The notes: generated from the sequence alone by a model not told the origin. Numbered from the stretch's first letter, positions 13,122-27,289 are shown. The stretch is 64,000 nt of DNA from the human T2T-CHM13v2.0 reference genome, Homo sapiens (GCF_009914755.1 NC_060927.1), one strand, 5' to 3'. Numbers and translations: made by a program.

Positions 13122-13140
13122 CCTCTCCATCTAGTGGCCA
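13122..13140 (-). promoter_or_regulatory. Candidate CTCF motif (reverse)
   Basis: Minus strand TGGCCACTAGATGGAGAGG, containing the CCACTAGATGG core. Confidence 0.5.
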
Positions 13141-13514
13141 GTGGAGAGGAGTGGAGCCATAGTAACCATGCTGCACTTCATTCCATTAAAAACAGCCCTT
13201 TTACCAAATCACCCATAGGCAATTAAGTCAGTTTGTCTGACAAATGACTATTTTTGGTTTATGGCATTCGTTCAATCATTAAACAGACTCAATAATACAT
13301 TATGATATGTAGTTAAGCTAAGAAAAATCATCACAAAATTAAAGTGCCTGTGCTCTCTCAAGCCACATAAATGTCCGTTATTCTTCCTTTATTACCCACC
13401 CTAACTTTTCTCCATTTATTTGTGACTTTTAGATAGAAAATGCAAGCAAGATTATCTACATATATAGCTACTTAAAATCACAGTCTTTAAGATGAAAAAA
13501 TATTTTAAAAAGCT

Positions 13515-13610
13515 TTCTCCTCATTTTACAGGAAGGAAACTGAGGGACAGAGAGATCATGATGTACTCAAAGTCACAAAGTCAGAACAAAAAACCAGACC
13601 TCCAGATTTA
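13515..13610 (-). mobile_element. MIR fragment
   Basis: CTCATTTTACAGGAAGGAAACTGAGGGACAGAGAG...CAAAGTCACA. Confidence 0.8.
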
Positions 13611-16600
13611 ACCACTTTAAATCCTTTTTGATATTGATTAATACCTCCTGATTCCCCAGGAAATGCTTTTTGTATCACACCATAAAGTTTCTTTCAACAT
13701 ACCAGAAAAATAATTTCTAAAAATGTTTTTTATTCATATATTTTCAGACTAAGGTGATATAAGTGAAACTACTGTGTATAGGCCGTACCACATCTTCATA
13801 TCCATAGGTATATTTTGAATGTGTTATAAGAACACAATTATTTTTATATTAAGGAATTACATTCATCCAACATTTAGAAAGCGAAAAAGCAAGTGGGGTA
13901 GGGAATAGGTGGATGTGTTGGTCAAAATTACTATACAAAAAATGGTTTCAGAAAGCCATTATGTGAAACAACCTGAATTCATTCAGACTGCTAGAAAAGT
14001 TCTTTTTGTTTTGTTTCATACAAATTATTTGACTTTGTTTTTAAAAAGGAAACACACGCACACTTATCCAGCTAATCACTTCATCTATTTTAATTCAGCA
14101 TGTGATGCTGTTTGGGGGCATGTTTTGGGAATGTGTTGTTGGTAAAGCTTCTTATCAAAACAAATGAAATCTGTCCACCAACTATAAAAATCTGCTCACA
14201 ACTCCGAACCCAAGAATTAAAGGGCAAAAGGTATGAAGGAAACCTGGCAGTGGATGTTCTAGAAATGTGAGATGTTTTGACTTTTTCTTCTATGATCTTC
14301 TTTGGTGGTACCACTGGAATCTGTCTTGGAGTGCAGAGGGAATTTATATAGATCTGCTTTAGAGAGATGCAAAAACTAATGCTGTACAGATAAGTCAAAT
14401 GCTTTTTAACGGGAGTTAGGGAAGAAGTCTTTTTATTTCATTATACTTCTAAGTTTAGAAGCTTCAAAAGCACCAACCCCTCAGCTACCCTCAGCTTTAC
14501 CCCTGTACCCTCAGCTTTATCCCTTCACATTATCTCAACTTCTCTCTACTTGTTTCTTAATCATCTCTAGTCGTCTCCCTTCTAGAAATGAGGTGAGGGG
14601 ATAAAGATCACTGTTGATTTGGAGAACTAGAGAAAGTAAGGGCTAATATAAAAAGTAAGTTATTTTTGCCTTACCTAAAGCTAAGGTAATAGGTACAAGT
14701 AACCAAGAAGTGGAGAAATTAGTAAATATGGTCAGAACCAGAGTATATTTATTGGGCCAAGAAGAATTTTAATGTGTCCAGTATTTAAGAAGAAAAAAAA
14801 ACAAAAAATTTATAAAGTCACCATTACAAAGTATTTGCCTAGTCTATTTAAATAATAAAAGAGAGGAACATTTTCTCACTGTTTAAATGTCTTGGTGCCT
14901 AAATAAGATATTTTTGTTTATTTAAAATGAAGCCACATAGTTTTCACATACACATATATATCAACTAGAAAAATTACATAGCCTGGAACATTTCTAGTTT
15001 TCTGCTAGTAATAGCTTTTTTTTTTTTTTAACTAAGTTTTAAGTTGCTACCTGAACAAACTGACAACATTAATTTTCTCTCAATTACATTCCATTTACAG
15101 GAAAGAAGTTCATACTATAAAAGGAATTGCAACAACAAATCACAATTTAATTACAACAGTAATTCACAGAAAATTTTTGAAAAGGTAAAAATGGCAAATA
15201 TCTAAGCTAATTCAGTAAAAAACAAAAATGTAAAGCCTTCTAAAAATTAGAGAAAATTAAAATTTAAATAATTTTAAATGTTTCATTTTAAAAAGTTTAA
15301 ATTAAGAATTTTCCCAATAACAAAAATAGTACTACTATGTATAAGATTCGTAATTATTACCATTTCTACATTTTTAGTTACAACCAATTGGGCATCTATC
15401 TTTTTGATATCCCATAACCCCAACCTCATACCATAATTTTATATTTGTTGAATGTAAATCCTTACATTAGTAATGTAATATAAAAACTTTCAAATAGATT
15501 GACCTTTTAAATGCATAATATGAACATTAAATTCATCATATCTCAAGACACAGAAGTATTCAGTGACAAAATTACTTCCAATATCAAGAAGGTAAACATA
15601 TTATGCTGTAATTACCACATTTTCTATCAGAGTTTCAAAGGTAAGACTGAATATTCAGAATTAATAAAAAATATGTTCTTCTTCCCTCTGGAAACTAGAT
15701 GAATCAATGAACTCATAGTCCTTGTTCCTTGTCTCAGTATTCTCACTTGAAAGTCAGTAGCCAGCTTTCCCCAAGTTAAGACAATTACAAAGGTTGCATT
15801 GGTTAACTGAACTACAAAACACCAAGGCTAGAGTTTCAGCTGAGTGTCAAAAGATTCCAGAAAGGCAAGCTCCATGTCCTCAAGCTGATTACTTTCAAAT
15901 GAACTATAGAATTACCAAAAGGCTTGATCCTGGAGTATAAGAGAGGTTATGAAGCCAAAGTCAAGCATAATTTTTCCACAGTTTAGTACAGAAATAGCAT
16001 GCCACTTATTCATTATTACAGTTGAACAGCTAGAGTGGCAAAAACAAAAAACAAAACAAAAAAAAGCCCTTTTTCTTATAAGCCCTTGAATGCTGTTTCT
16101 AACACCGGCTGTAGTGGTTACTACATACATGATAGTAATCATAGATAGCATATTTCTTCCCATAGCCTCATCAGCTTGCCTATGCTGAATTAGAACTAGG
16201 GGAGCTCAAGGATATTTTGATATATTAAACATAATTGTCATCAACATTATTTGATGATTAATGTATAATATCTATGTAATAGGAAAACATGAATTCAGGT
16301 ATTCTCTAGAATATCTAAGATATGTATATTGCCTTCAGGCTTTTGGTAAAGAATAAAATTGATCTTGCTAGTTTATTTGACATTAGCTATAGTTCCTGGA
16401 GATTATGCAAAATGCTAGAATTTATTTAAGCAATGGAAATGTATGAAATGGGTTTTTCAAGAAAATTACAAGTTTCAAGTTTTGTAAAATACCTACACAC
16501 CTATACATGACTTGAAAGCTTGGTGTAAAGTATCAAATGTAAATGCTGACTGTATTAGCACTGTAAATAATCCATAGTAATTGTATAAAATAACAAAAAT

Positions 16601-17122
16601 GTCTTACACAGTATGAAACAAATTATTTTAAAGATTTGGTTTCTAATTTAATGATAACTCTGGCAGGTACACACCTGTCCGATTGCTAGTGTTTATTGTC
16701 CTTGATGGAGGGTAAACTGTTTCTATGTAGGTAATACCTGATTTCTATAATGTCCCTGAAATAGTTACACAGCCATGCAAATGAAAATATTTAGAGGTTC
16801 TTTTCAGTGCTTTGTGACTTCTCATGGTAACTTAGATCTTCACTGGTTAAGAAAGTGAGGGATAAGGATACTATTTTACTTATGTTTTACAGTAAAACAT
16901 GTCTCCCACCAAAAATGTAGTTTGTTAAAATATATTTATAAAGTGACCTCCAAGATAAACCAGCTTTAATGTCCATTTTCAACATTTAGACTTCAGAGGC
17001 CACCCTTGAGGCTGAAGAACCCAGGAGCTAGCAGCATTCAAAGAATATCAACACCAGTCATTCTTTTGCCAGAAAAGATCACTAGTTAGCAATATTAGCC
17101 AGGTGCTGCTGCTTCAACATAC

Positions 17123-17240
17123 CTTGCCAGATGTTGGGGTAACACGTTTGCTCAGGGCCTGAATTTGGCTTCCTATGTGGCGGCATGACCGGCCACTGCT
17201 TAGAGTTGGGCAAGTCCATGAACACATCCACTGATAATTT
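17123..17240 (-). other. Candidate GC-richer cassette exon (118 nt, or 108 nt from an AG at 17231-17232)
   Basis: ctttctataaatatag|AAATTATCAG...CATCTGGCAAG|gtatgt; locally GC/CpG-rich against an AT-rich background. Confidence 0.3.
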
Positions 17241-17639
17241 CTATATTTATAGAAAGCCAGAACATGTGTAGATAATCACACAATTAGATATTTATGTAGT
17301 GCCAGATTTTATGAATACGAGAATTTGTTAATTAGCACAAGGACTAATCATTAAAATTCAAAAATAGATAAATAAACAGGAATGCCATTTATTTGTTAAC
17401 ATTTCATGGGGAAAGTATGCAGCTGCTATCCTTTTGATGAATATAGGCTTCTGGAGATAAAAATGTGCAGAATAAAAAGTATCTGCAATTTTTGAAACCC
17501 TAATGAGTAAAATCCAATAAATCACTATATAGTCTTTATATTAAAAATAATCATAGTGATTCTCCTCTTAAGTTAAAAAAGAAGAAAAAGTTTAAACTGG
17601 CATATGCTTAGCATTTGAATTATATGGTCTGGCATTCCA

Positions 17640-17921
<282 letters not shown>

Positions 17922-20647
17922 CCTATTTTTTTTAAAAAAAATCTACTGTTTGGTCCTTTTCAAAGAGCCAAAGCTGATTTTTATCAGCACACACACGTTA
18001 AAAAGCACACACACGTCACTCAGTACCAAATTGTTTTAGCTACAGGGCATGGCAAAGCATGAAGTAACTTCTTAGAGCACTTCCTCATGTGGGTGTGTTA
18101 GGTAACTGTCTGCTCCAACATTAAAATGAAACACACTGTGACCTGACCAAGACTTTGGGGATCTAAACAGGCAGATATCATGTGCTGATAGGAAGAGCCC
18201 ACTATAACCAATAAGGCTGATTAATGAATTTTTCTGGCATTCTATAGCGCTCCTGTAACGCAAGCCTTTCAGCTTTCCAAATCCCTATACAGCAGAGTAC
18301 AGTGGTTTGAAGTTTATTTATGCACATTTTATAATGTCCTTCTGTATTTAGATTGTGACAGTCCCTCCCAGAAAAGGCCAAGATTATTTTTCATACTAAA
18401 AATATTTTAGATCTACTGAAGGTTAAGAATTATAATGCAAAAGAAAACATATACACATTCTAAAAATTAAACCAAACATAAAAATGGCTACATTATTACT
18501 TGCTTTTATTCTTGCTAAAAGGTTAAAGGAAATTTTCATTTTTCTCTTGAAATTCTCTCCATTTTTTGTTTGCTTGTGGTTAACATAAACACACATAAAG
18601 TGAAATTTTTAAAAATATTGTATCTGAAAAGAAGCTGTGATGTATTTATCCATACATGTATGACTTCGTGTCATACATGCACATGTATGCACAGATATCG
18701 CCACTGTATGTGTGTACAGAAAAAGAGAATGACTAATCAAGACATAGATGAAAGATTTCTATTGATAAAAACAGTAGAATTTTAGATGGTCCTCACAAGG
18801 CTAACACAGAAAATGACAGGTGCATGAGACATGTACACTTTTGACATACAGTATCAGTTTTGAAACAAATTTTTGGGTCACCGTCAGAAATGGCATAAAG
18901 TATATATAAAATTGTATATGAAAAACAAAATTATCGTGTACCATATTAACATAAAATACTCTCCTAAAGTTCCCCTTAGACCTTACGGAAAAAAATCTCC
19001 GACGGGACCTGATTGAGCGTACTTAGTATTTGTACTACTCTTGGTCAAAGCCAGCCTATCCAGTTTAAAAAAACTGTTCAGGCAAGATAAGCAAATTGAA
19101 AGTCTCAGAATTAATTTTTTAAAAGAAGAGGTAAAAAAGTCTTTCAGCAGCAAAAGTTCATCACCTTCCTGAAATAATGGATTTTTAATAAACATTTTAC
19201 TAGGTTTGAACCTTGAGAATGTGTTTGGGAATCTGCTCTAGTGTCCCAGGTGGGTTAAGAATATTGCTTTATGGACTTCTTTGTGTTGTCAGAGAAGCCT
19301 AATGGAATTAAGGGGGAAAAAAGTCTGCCACTTCTGTTAAATAAATAATTTATTACAAAAAGATGACTGTTATTATCAAAGATCTCTACAGATCAGCATC
19401 CATTTTCTAACATTGCTCTGTATATGCCGAAACATTTGTGTATCTATGTGACTTAAATTTTATCAAATGAAGAGCAGTTTTACTTTGACAAATCTGAAAT
19501 AAAATTCCATTAAGAAGTCCATTTCAAATGGCCCTTATTAAAATAATCCTTTCAATTTTGAAGAACACTATTCTGGGAAAACTCTTCAACAATGTCTGCT
19601 AGTTTGAAATGTAACTTTTCCCACTATAAAAAAGAAAAAAAGAAATAAAGGAAAAGAAAGCACCACAAAACTGAATTTGAAATAAAAATTATATTATTTA
19701 TGCTCCCCAAAATGTTAAATGAATACTTACAGTTGTTGTGCAAGATGGCCTGATACACTTCATAGCTTCCACTTTGTAAAAAGATGGCCAGCCCCTCACT
19801 CCACCCTCCCCAAGCATAAATAAACAGTAACATACTAAAAGGAAACTGTCCTAGGATAAAAACTGCTTGTTAAGAAAGTTCGCATTCTTACTAACCAAAG
19901 TGATATTCCTATAAATGTAAAAGCCCATCTGCAAAATAAAAGTTAGAAAACAGAATACCTTATTTGTTTAAAAATACATCCCCCAGATGCAATGTTTCTA
20001 TGTGTGTGATGACAAAAATAATTACTCCATTCTTACCCACCCTCAGCAACTACCCCTCACCTTATGTCCAATGGCATTAAATAAACATGCTGGCAAAAAG
20101 TATTCAACCTGCTTCAAGGATTTAAACTGTAAATATGGACTTTAAACTTCAACATAAAACAAAGAACAAGAGTCTCACTTTAGTAATACCCACACTGGCA
20201 CTGCAGCTAAAACTCATTGGCAAATAACTAACAAAACCGAGTTAGCAATAAATAAGGACAACATGATATATAGACAGACAGATGGAATTGCATAAACAGA
20301 CAAGAAAAGCAAAGAGACAAACATACGGAAGGGTCTGTTTTAAAAGAGTGAAAGATTCTGATTTATTTGGTACTTTAGTGAGAAAAATAGATTTGTTTGT
20401 AATTATTTTTAAAGTAACAAAACTGAATCACAAGGGCACACCCCTAAGTAAGTAGGAAGAAAATTAGTAAAGGGTAGGCCTCCTACAGATGTTCTAAATT
20501 TTAAGCTAGCACTAGCTCTGTCAAACTTAAATCTGGAAATTAAAATTCAAGCAGGAAAGAATAAAGGCATTGGGGGCTAAAGGAGATGACAGAGGGGGCA
20601 TTGAGGAAGCAGGATTTTTTTTTTTTTAAGAAAGTTGTCTGCCCTAC

Positions 20648-20850
20648 CTTCTTCCCCAGCGCTGAGTTTCTCTTCTTATAATCGGTGTCTCCCTGGAAGT
20701 ACAGTGTGAGTGGTAATGACTGCCTGCCTCCCTAATGAGTCCATTTTCCTGCTCTTGATGTTGTGTATATACACACACTGCAACCTACCTTACAAACCAC
20801 AGAGACGGGAAGAGAGAGAGAGAGCAAGAGAGAGGAGGGAGGGGGGAAGA
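20648..20850 (-). other. ZBTB20: Non-coding leader/first exon of a large minus-strand gene; tentatively a ZBTB20 5'-UTR exon (5' boundary uncertain)
   Basis: Unique, GC-richer sequence ...ACAACATCAAGAGCAGGAAAATGGACTCATTAGGGAGGCAGGCAGTCATTACC...CTCAGCGCTGGGGAAGAAG|gtaggg, preceded by a long TC tract. The gene name is recalled from memory of ZBTB20 mRNA leaders and was not checked by alignment. Confidence 0.55.
20676..20744 (-). other. Upstream ORF, 22 aa MDSLGRQAVITTHTVLPGRHRL*
   Basis: ATG at 20744 in context GAAAATGG (A at -3, G at +4); in-frame TAA at 20678-20676 inside the exon. Confidence 0.5.
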
Positions 20851-21150
20851 GAGGGAGAGAGAGACAGAGACAGAGCAAGCGAGTAAGAGAGAGAGAAGAG
20901 GAGAGAGAGAGAGAGAGAAAGAAAAACAGAAAGAAACAGAGAGAAAGGCACAGACAAAGCCCTCCTACCAGACAGCAGACAGCTCTCCTTCCCCTATCCA
21001 GCAAAATGCAACTCGTCTAATGCAGCAACAGGTTCAGTATTGCCAGACTAACAGAGTGAAAAAGGTATATTCTCTATATCATTATTGCTTGCAAATAAAC
21101 AGTTTAAGAGCAGCTGGCTCCACCTTCTTTATTTATGCTCCATTATGAGG
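20790..21150 (-). promoter_or_regulatory. Putative internal non-CpG-island promoter
   Basis: Pyrimidine tract plus unique TE-free sequence directly upstream of a leader exon with consensus donors; position inferred. Confidence 0.45.
20800..20950 (+). repeat. GA-rich homopurine tract ((TC)n on the transcribed strand)
   Basis: agagacgggaagagagagagagagcaagagagaggagggaggggggaagagagggagagagagacagag... Confidence 0.9.
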
Positions 21151-23160
21151 AATGTATTGTTTCAGTTCTGGCAGTACATGTAATTATCATAAATACATTT
21201 TTTGCATATAAGCAGGAAATAGTGAAATGCATAGCTTATTTGTGCAATCTTTTAAATTTATTTTTAATGTGAGAAGAATGTGAACAAATCAGCTCTGACA
21301 AAAGCCTAGTAATGATTTTAAAGTCAGAGCAGTCTTAAAGGAGGCTCTGTAAGAAACAGACTCCATACAATAGGAAAACTGATCTCAGACAAAACTGATA
21401 ACTGCAAAGAAGAAATCATTGCTCAGTTAATAAATCGAGACCATATACAAAATTGCAGACTTACAAAATTACAGACCAAAACAGAATTAAGCTTAATTAA
21501 GTAACTAATAGGCTAGGAACCTAGAAGAAGGGAGATTGGCTTCTCATTTAAAGCATCTAGCTGTACAAACATCACAATGCAATGTACTCTGTGTGAACAG
21601 GTGCAATGCGTATAGTACATAGTGGTACAACAACAGAAATAAATCCCATAAGAAGCTACCATCACAATCAGGATGATATTTCATAGAATATGGGACTGAA
21701 ACTACAGCAGTTACCCTTAATCTTTTATTAGGAGGGAAAAATAAAAATAATCAATGCTTCTAAATAAACTTGCCTTAAAAGAGAAAAAAAACAGTTTTTC
21801 TTTGTCTGATACTTCTAACCAGATTTTTTCTATATTCTAGTTCCAAAATTATGATGTTATTATACTCCTCACCCCATCACATGCTTCCCACCCACTTTCC
21901 CCACTCCTAGGTGCCCTTTCTCCTGTAAGTGATATATTTGCAGCTATAGAATTACAAACATCAGAAAACAGAAATAGTTTTAAGCCACTCTCCTCGTCCC
22001 CGAATTTTTAAAAACTAGACTCTGCTTGACGAGTCATATCTCCTTCTAGCACTATTATCTATCTAGACACCCACCTTCCTTAATATATTTCTATACAGTT
22101 TGGCTATGTGTCATTTAGATGGGACTTAAGAACATTATAATAGAGGTAAAATTTTCTAAAAAATATTTACACACAAATAAAAAATATAAGTGCATTTGAC
22201 TTATTCAAACCCTGCGTTTGGGCAACAATAATCCTAAGTATATGAATTGTAAAAATCATCCTTTTTATGTGGTTTTGTGTATTAACATGCTTCAAAAATT
22301 AGAATATGTCCCTCTGCATAAACAAAACTACCTTGAAACAACAGCTTCAATTCTTTTGTTTAAAAAAAATCAGTTTTCAATTAAAAATTAAATAACTTTC
22401 AATATATAACTTATAGATCAACCGATTCTTCACCTTATTCACAAAAATCTTTAAGAATGTCAAATAAATTTTGGGTCATGTTTAGAATACAGATCAATAT
22501 TGCTTTAGCTATTTTCAGGGTGGCTAACCTACAGCACAGACATTAGAATGTAATATCTACCTATACATTATACAAGCTATCCTGGGAAAATTTCTAGTAA
22601 GAAACCAAGAGTCCAGACCACTCTAGTCTCATCGTAATCCACCAATTCAACCTCTCTAGTGCTGCAGTAGTATATCACCCTCCCAAGGGTGGATGATTAA
22701 AAGGAGACAGACACACACTAAAAATGATTTAACAGTCTCCTACTTCAGGTCACTTGTCTGTAGAGAAACTTTTCCAAAATATATTTAGTGTGCCCAAGGT
22801 ACCAGCATGTATCTCCTCCTCACTATTTGGCCTGGCAGCTCTGCTTTTCTACTATTGCCCTATTGTTTCTCCGAAGCTTTATTAAAATGTATTAAGAAAA
22901 ATGTCAATTAAAAAAACACATAAAACTTAGAGTTTGACAGATGGATTTGAATTAGATATTTGTATTTTCTGAATTTTTAAAATAAGGTTCTAGGTATTTT
23001 ATTTTGTTTCATTTTGTTTTTATTCAAGGAGAAGACGTATTTGGTTTCTACCAGCAGGAATCAAAAGGAATATAAAGGACCATGAAGGCTCTTTTCTAAA
23101 AAACAACCTGAGAGCTAAATTTAAAAGGAAAACAAATCTTTTGGCTTAAGTGAAAAATGA

Positions 23161-23547
<387 letters not shown>

Positions 23548-23745
23548 TTAGTACTTACTGGAATTCAAGATATACTTTCCCTAGTTGGGACTGGAGACAA
23601 TAAGGTCTGAAGAAATCATTGTAATTGACTACCATACTATGGAAGTTATAAAGTTATTTAATTAAATTGCTTCATGTGTTGATATGTCATGGGGCAATTT
23701 GGTTCTGTAGAAAGATCCTAAAGTGGAAGTTAAAAACTGGTTCTG

Positions 23746-25525
23746 TCCCAAATTGATCTATAGATTCAATTCAATCCCAATCAAAATCCCAGAAAGTTAT
23801 TTTGTGGATATGAACTAAATGATTCTAAAATTTATATGGAGAGGCAAAAGACTGAAAATAACCAACATAATATTGAAAGAGAAGAACAAAGTTGGACAAA
23901 TGAAACTACCAGACTTCAGGACTTACTATAAAGCTACAGTAATCAAGAATGCATGATGCTGGCAAAGAATAGACACAGCAGATCAGTGCAACAAAATAGA
24001 CAGCCCAGGAGAAGGCCCACATATGTATAGTCAACTGATCTTTGACTTAAAAGGAAAAGCAATACAATGGAGCAAAGACAGTATTTCCAACAAGTGGTGA
24101 CGGAACGACTGGACGTCTACATGCAAAAAAATAAATCCAGACGCAGACTTTACACTCTTCACATAAATTAACTCAAAATGGATGGATCATAAACCTAAAT
24201 GTAAAATGCAAAATTCTAAGACTCCTAAATAGGAAAAAATCTGGATAATTCTGGGTTTCACAATGACTATTTTAGATACAACACCAAAGACATAATCCAT
24301 GAAAGAAATAATTGATAAGCTGGATTTAATTCAAATTAAAAAGTTCTACTCTGCAAAAGACACTGTAAAGGTAATGAAAAGACAAGCCACAGACTGGAAG
24401 AAAATATTTGCAAAAGATGCATCTCATAAAGGACTGTTATCTAAAACATGCAAAGAATTCTTAAAACTCAACAGTAAGAAAATATTATAACCTGATTAAA
24501 AATGGGCAGAAGACTTTAACAGTGACCTCACCAAAGAAGATATACAGATGGCAAATAAGCGTATGAAAGGGGCTCCATATTATATGTCATTGGGGAAATG
24601 CACATTAAAAATAACAATGACATACCACCACACATGTAATAGAATGGCCCAAACTCACAGCACTGACAACACCAAATGATGATGCGGATGTGGAGCAACA
24701 GGAACTCTCATTCATTGTTGGTAGGAATGAAAAATGGTACAGCCACTTTGGAAGACAGTTTGGCAGTTTCTTACAAAACTAAACACATATACAATCCAGC
24801 AATTGCAGTGGTTGGTATTTATGCAAAGGAATTGAAAACTTATGCCCACACAAAAACCTACACACAGATGTTTACAGTAATTTTATTCATAATTGCCAAT
24901 ATTTGGAAGAAATTAATATGCCCATTAGTAGATGAATGGATAAATTATGGTACATCCAGGCAGTGAAATATTATTTAGTGCTAAAACGAAATGAGATATC
25001 AAGCCATGAAAAGACATGTAGGAAACTTAAATGCATATTACTAAGCAAAAGAAGCCAATCTGAAAAGATTGCCTTCTATCCACTGTACGTATCTATACAC
25101 TGTATGATTCCAACTATATGACATTCTGAAAAGGCAAAACCATGGAGACAGCAAAAACTCATTGTTTGCAAGAGTTTAGGGTAGAGAGAGGGATGAACAG
25201 GAAGAACACAGGATTTTCAAGGCAGTGAAACTACTTTGTATAATACAATAGTGACAGATAGATGTCATACATTTGTTCAGACCCACAGAAGGCACAACAC
25301 CAAGAGTGAACCTTAATGTAAACTATGGGCCTGGAGTAATAATAATATGTCAAAGTTGGCTTATCATATGTAACAAATATATGACTCTGGTGGGGGATAT
25401 TGATGATGGGGAGGCTGTGCATGTGTGAAGGCAGGGGGTATATGAGAAATCTCTGTACCTCCCCATCGATTTTACTATGAAACTAAAATTACTCAAAAAA
25501 AAGTCTATTAAACAATAAATTAAAA
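23746..25525 (+). mobile_element. L1MC1/2-like LINE, 5'-truncated (~1.8 kb), inserted into a MIR
   Basis: ORF2 C-terminal remnants (ORFs 24299, 24676, 24936) and an L1MC 3'UTR ending AAAGTCTATT; TSD AAAA(C/T)TGGTTCTG at 23733-23745 and 25527-25539; MIR halves on both sides. Confidence 0.9.
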
Positions 25526-25664
25526 GAAAATTGGTTCTGGTCCCAGCATTGCCACAAATAGCTTGCGTACCCTCGTCAAGTCATGCAACCATCCTGAGTT
25601 TCAGTTTCTTCCTATGCTAAAAATAACAAATTTAAAAGGACGGAATTGAACAGCGTATCATAAT

Positions 25665-25918
25665 AATAGTTATTAAAGCCAATGCTTAAGTGCTTACTAT
25701 GTGTCAAGAACTGTTCTAAGTACTTTTTATTTCTTAACTCTTTAAAGCCTAACAATTACCCTATAATGTAGGAATTATTTTTAGTCTCATTTTCCAGATG
25801 AAGAAAAAAGAGAGATTAAGTGACTTGCCTGAGATCACATAGCATAATAATAATGATAGGATTTGAACCCAGCCTGTCTAGCTTAGAGTTTATGTGTTTA
25901 ATCCCTACACTATACTGT
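25665..25918 (-). mobile_element. Near full-length MIR
   Basis: GTGCTTACTATGTGTCAAG...CATTTTCCAGATGAAG...AAGTGACTTGCCTGAGATCACA...GGATTTGAACCCAG. Confidence 0.88.
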
Positions 25919-26249
25919 TTTACCCAATACCTAAAGATAGTTAAGGCCCCATCCAGCCATGACTCTGTGGTTGTGAGTCAAATCTAGTAAGTCCTGATGA
26001 TTTCTTACCCTATCTTGCTTACTAACACAGAATAGTGAAAATTTGCTGTTTAATACCCATAGCTCTCAATACGTTCAATTTAATGGTACCCAGCAACTCC
26101 ATCTAAAGTACATACTCTATCATGCATTCTTAAAGGTTGCATAGTTCAAGATTCAAATATCTAATAGTAATGCAAATAATTGTTTAAAGAACTAAATAAT
26201 AAACACAATAAAATATTTCCTATTTTCTATAGCCTGAGAAAGGAATTAA

Positions 26250-26588
<339 letters not shown>

Positions 26589-26691
26589 AAGAAAAGTCTG
26601 GGATTAGTGGGTCAAAATGAGTAATTGCTACGCTAAGTAAATGACTTTGCCATTGAGGACACCACCATAAAGTTAATTGTAAGTGGCGTAA

Positions 26692-27005
<314 letters not shown>

Positions 27006-27289
27006 AATTAGGCAATAATTCTTAACCCTAGTCATCTATTTTAAAATTGTATCCCATCGGGCCCAAGGACAATAGTAGGCCAGGAGTACCATCCTTAAAT
27101 GGGAAGAGTTGCACATCTAATTTAAATTCTAATCAACAAATGTTTAAATTTAAAACTAAAATAAAGTATTACATGTAAACTAAGTCATTGGAAGTACATT
27201 TATTATGGCCAGAGGATTTTATATGCCTCTCTCCCTACAAGACTAAGAGACTCCCTCCCCACCATCGCCACCTTCTTCCCCTCTGCCCC

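Noticed and set aside
14478-14520. Three copies of CCCTCAGCT
   Set aside because: Tiny irregular slippage repeat with no spacer structure; not CRISPR-like
18980-19022. Small CpG cluster with a gtaagg donor-like site (-)
   Set aside because: Only about 4 CpGs with poor exonic donor context (TCC|GT); not a CpG island
20732-21020. Overlapping 90-aa (-) and 85-aa (+) ORFs at the promoter
   Set aside because: Low-complexity translations of the GA/TC tract (LSLSL, RERER) with non-ATG starts; no domain
24299-25121. Three short ORFs resembling reverse-transcriptase-protein C-termini
   Set aside because: Broken L1MC ORF2 remnants
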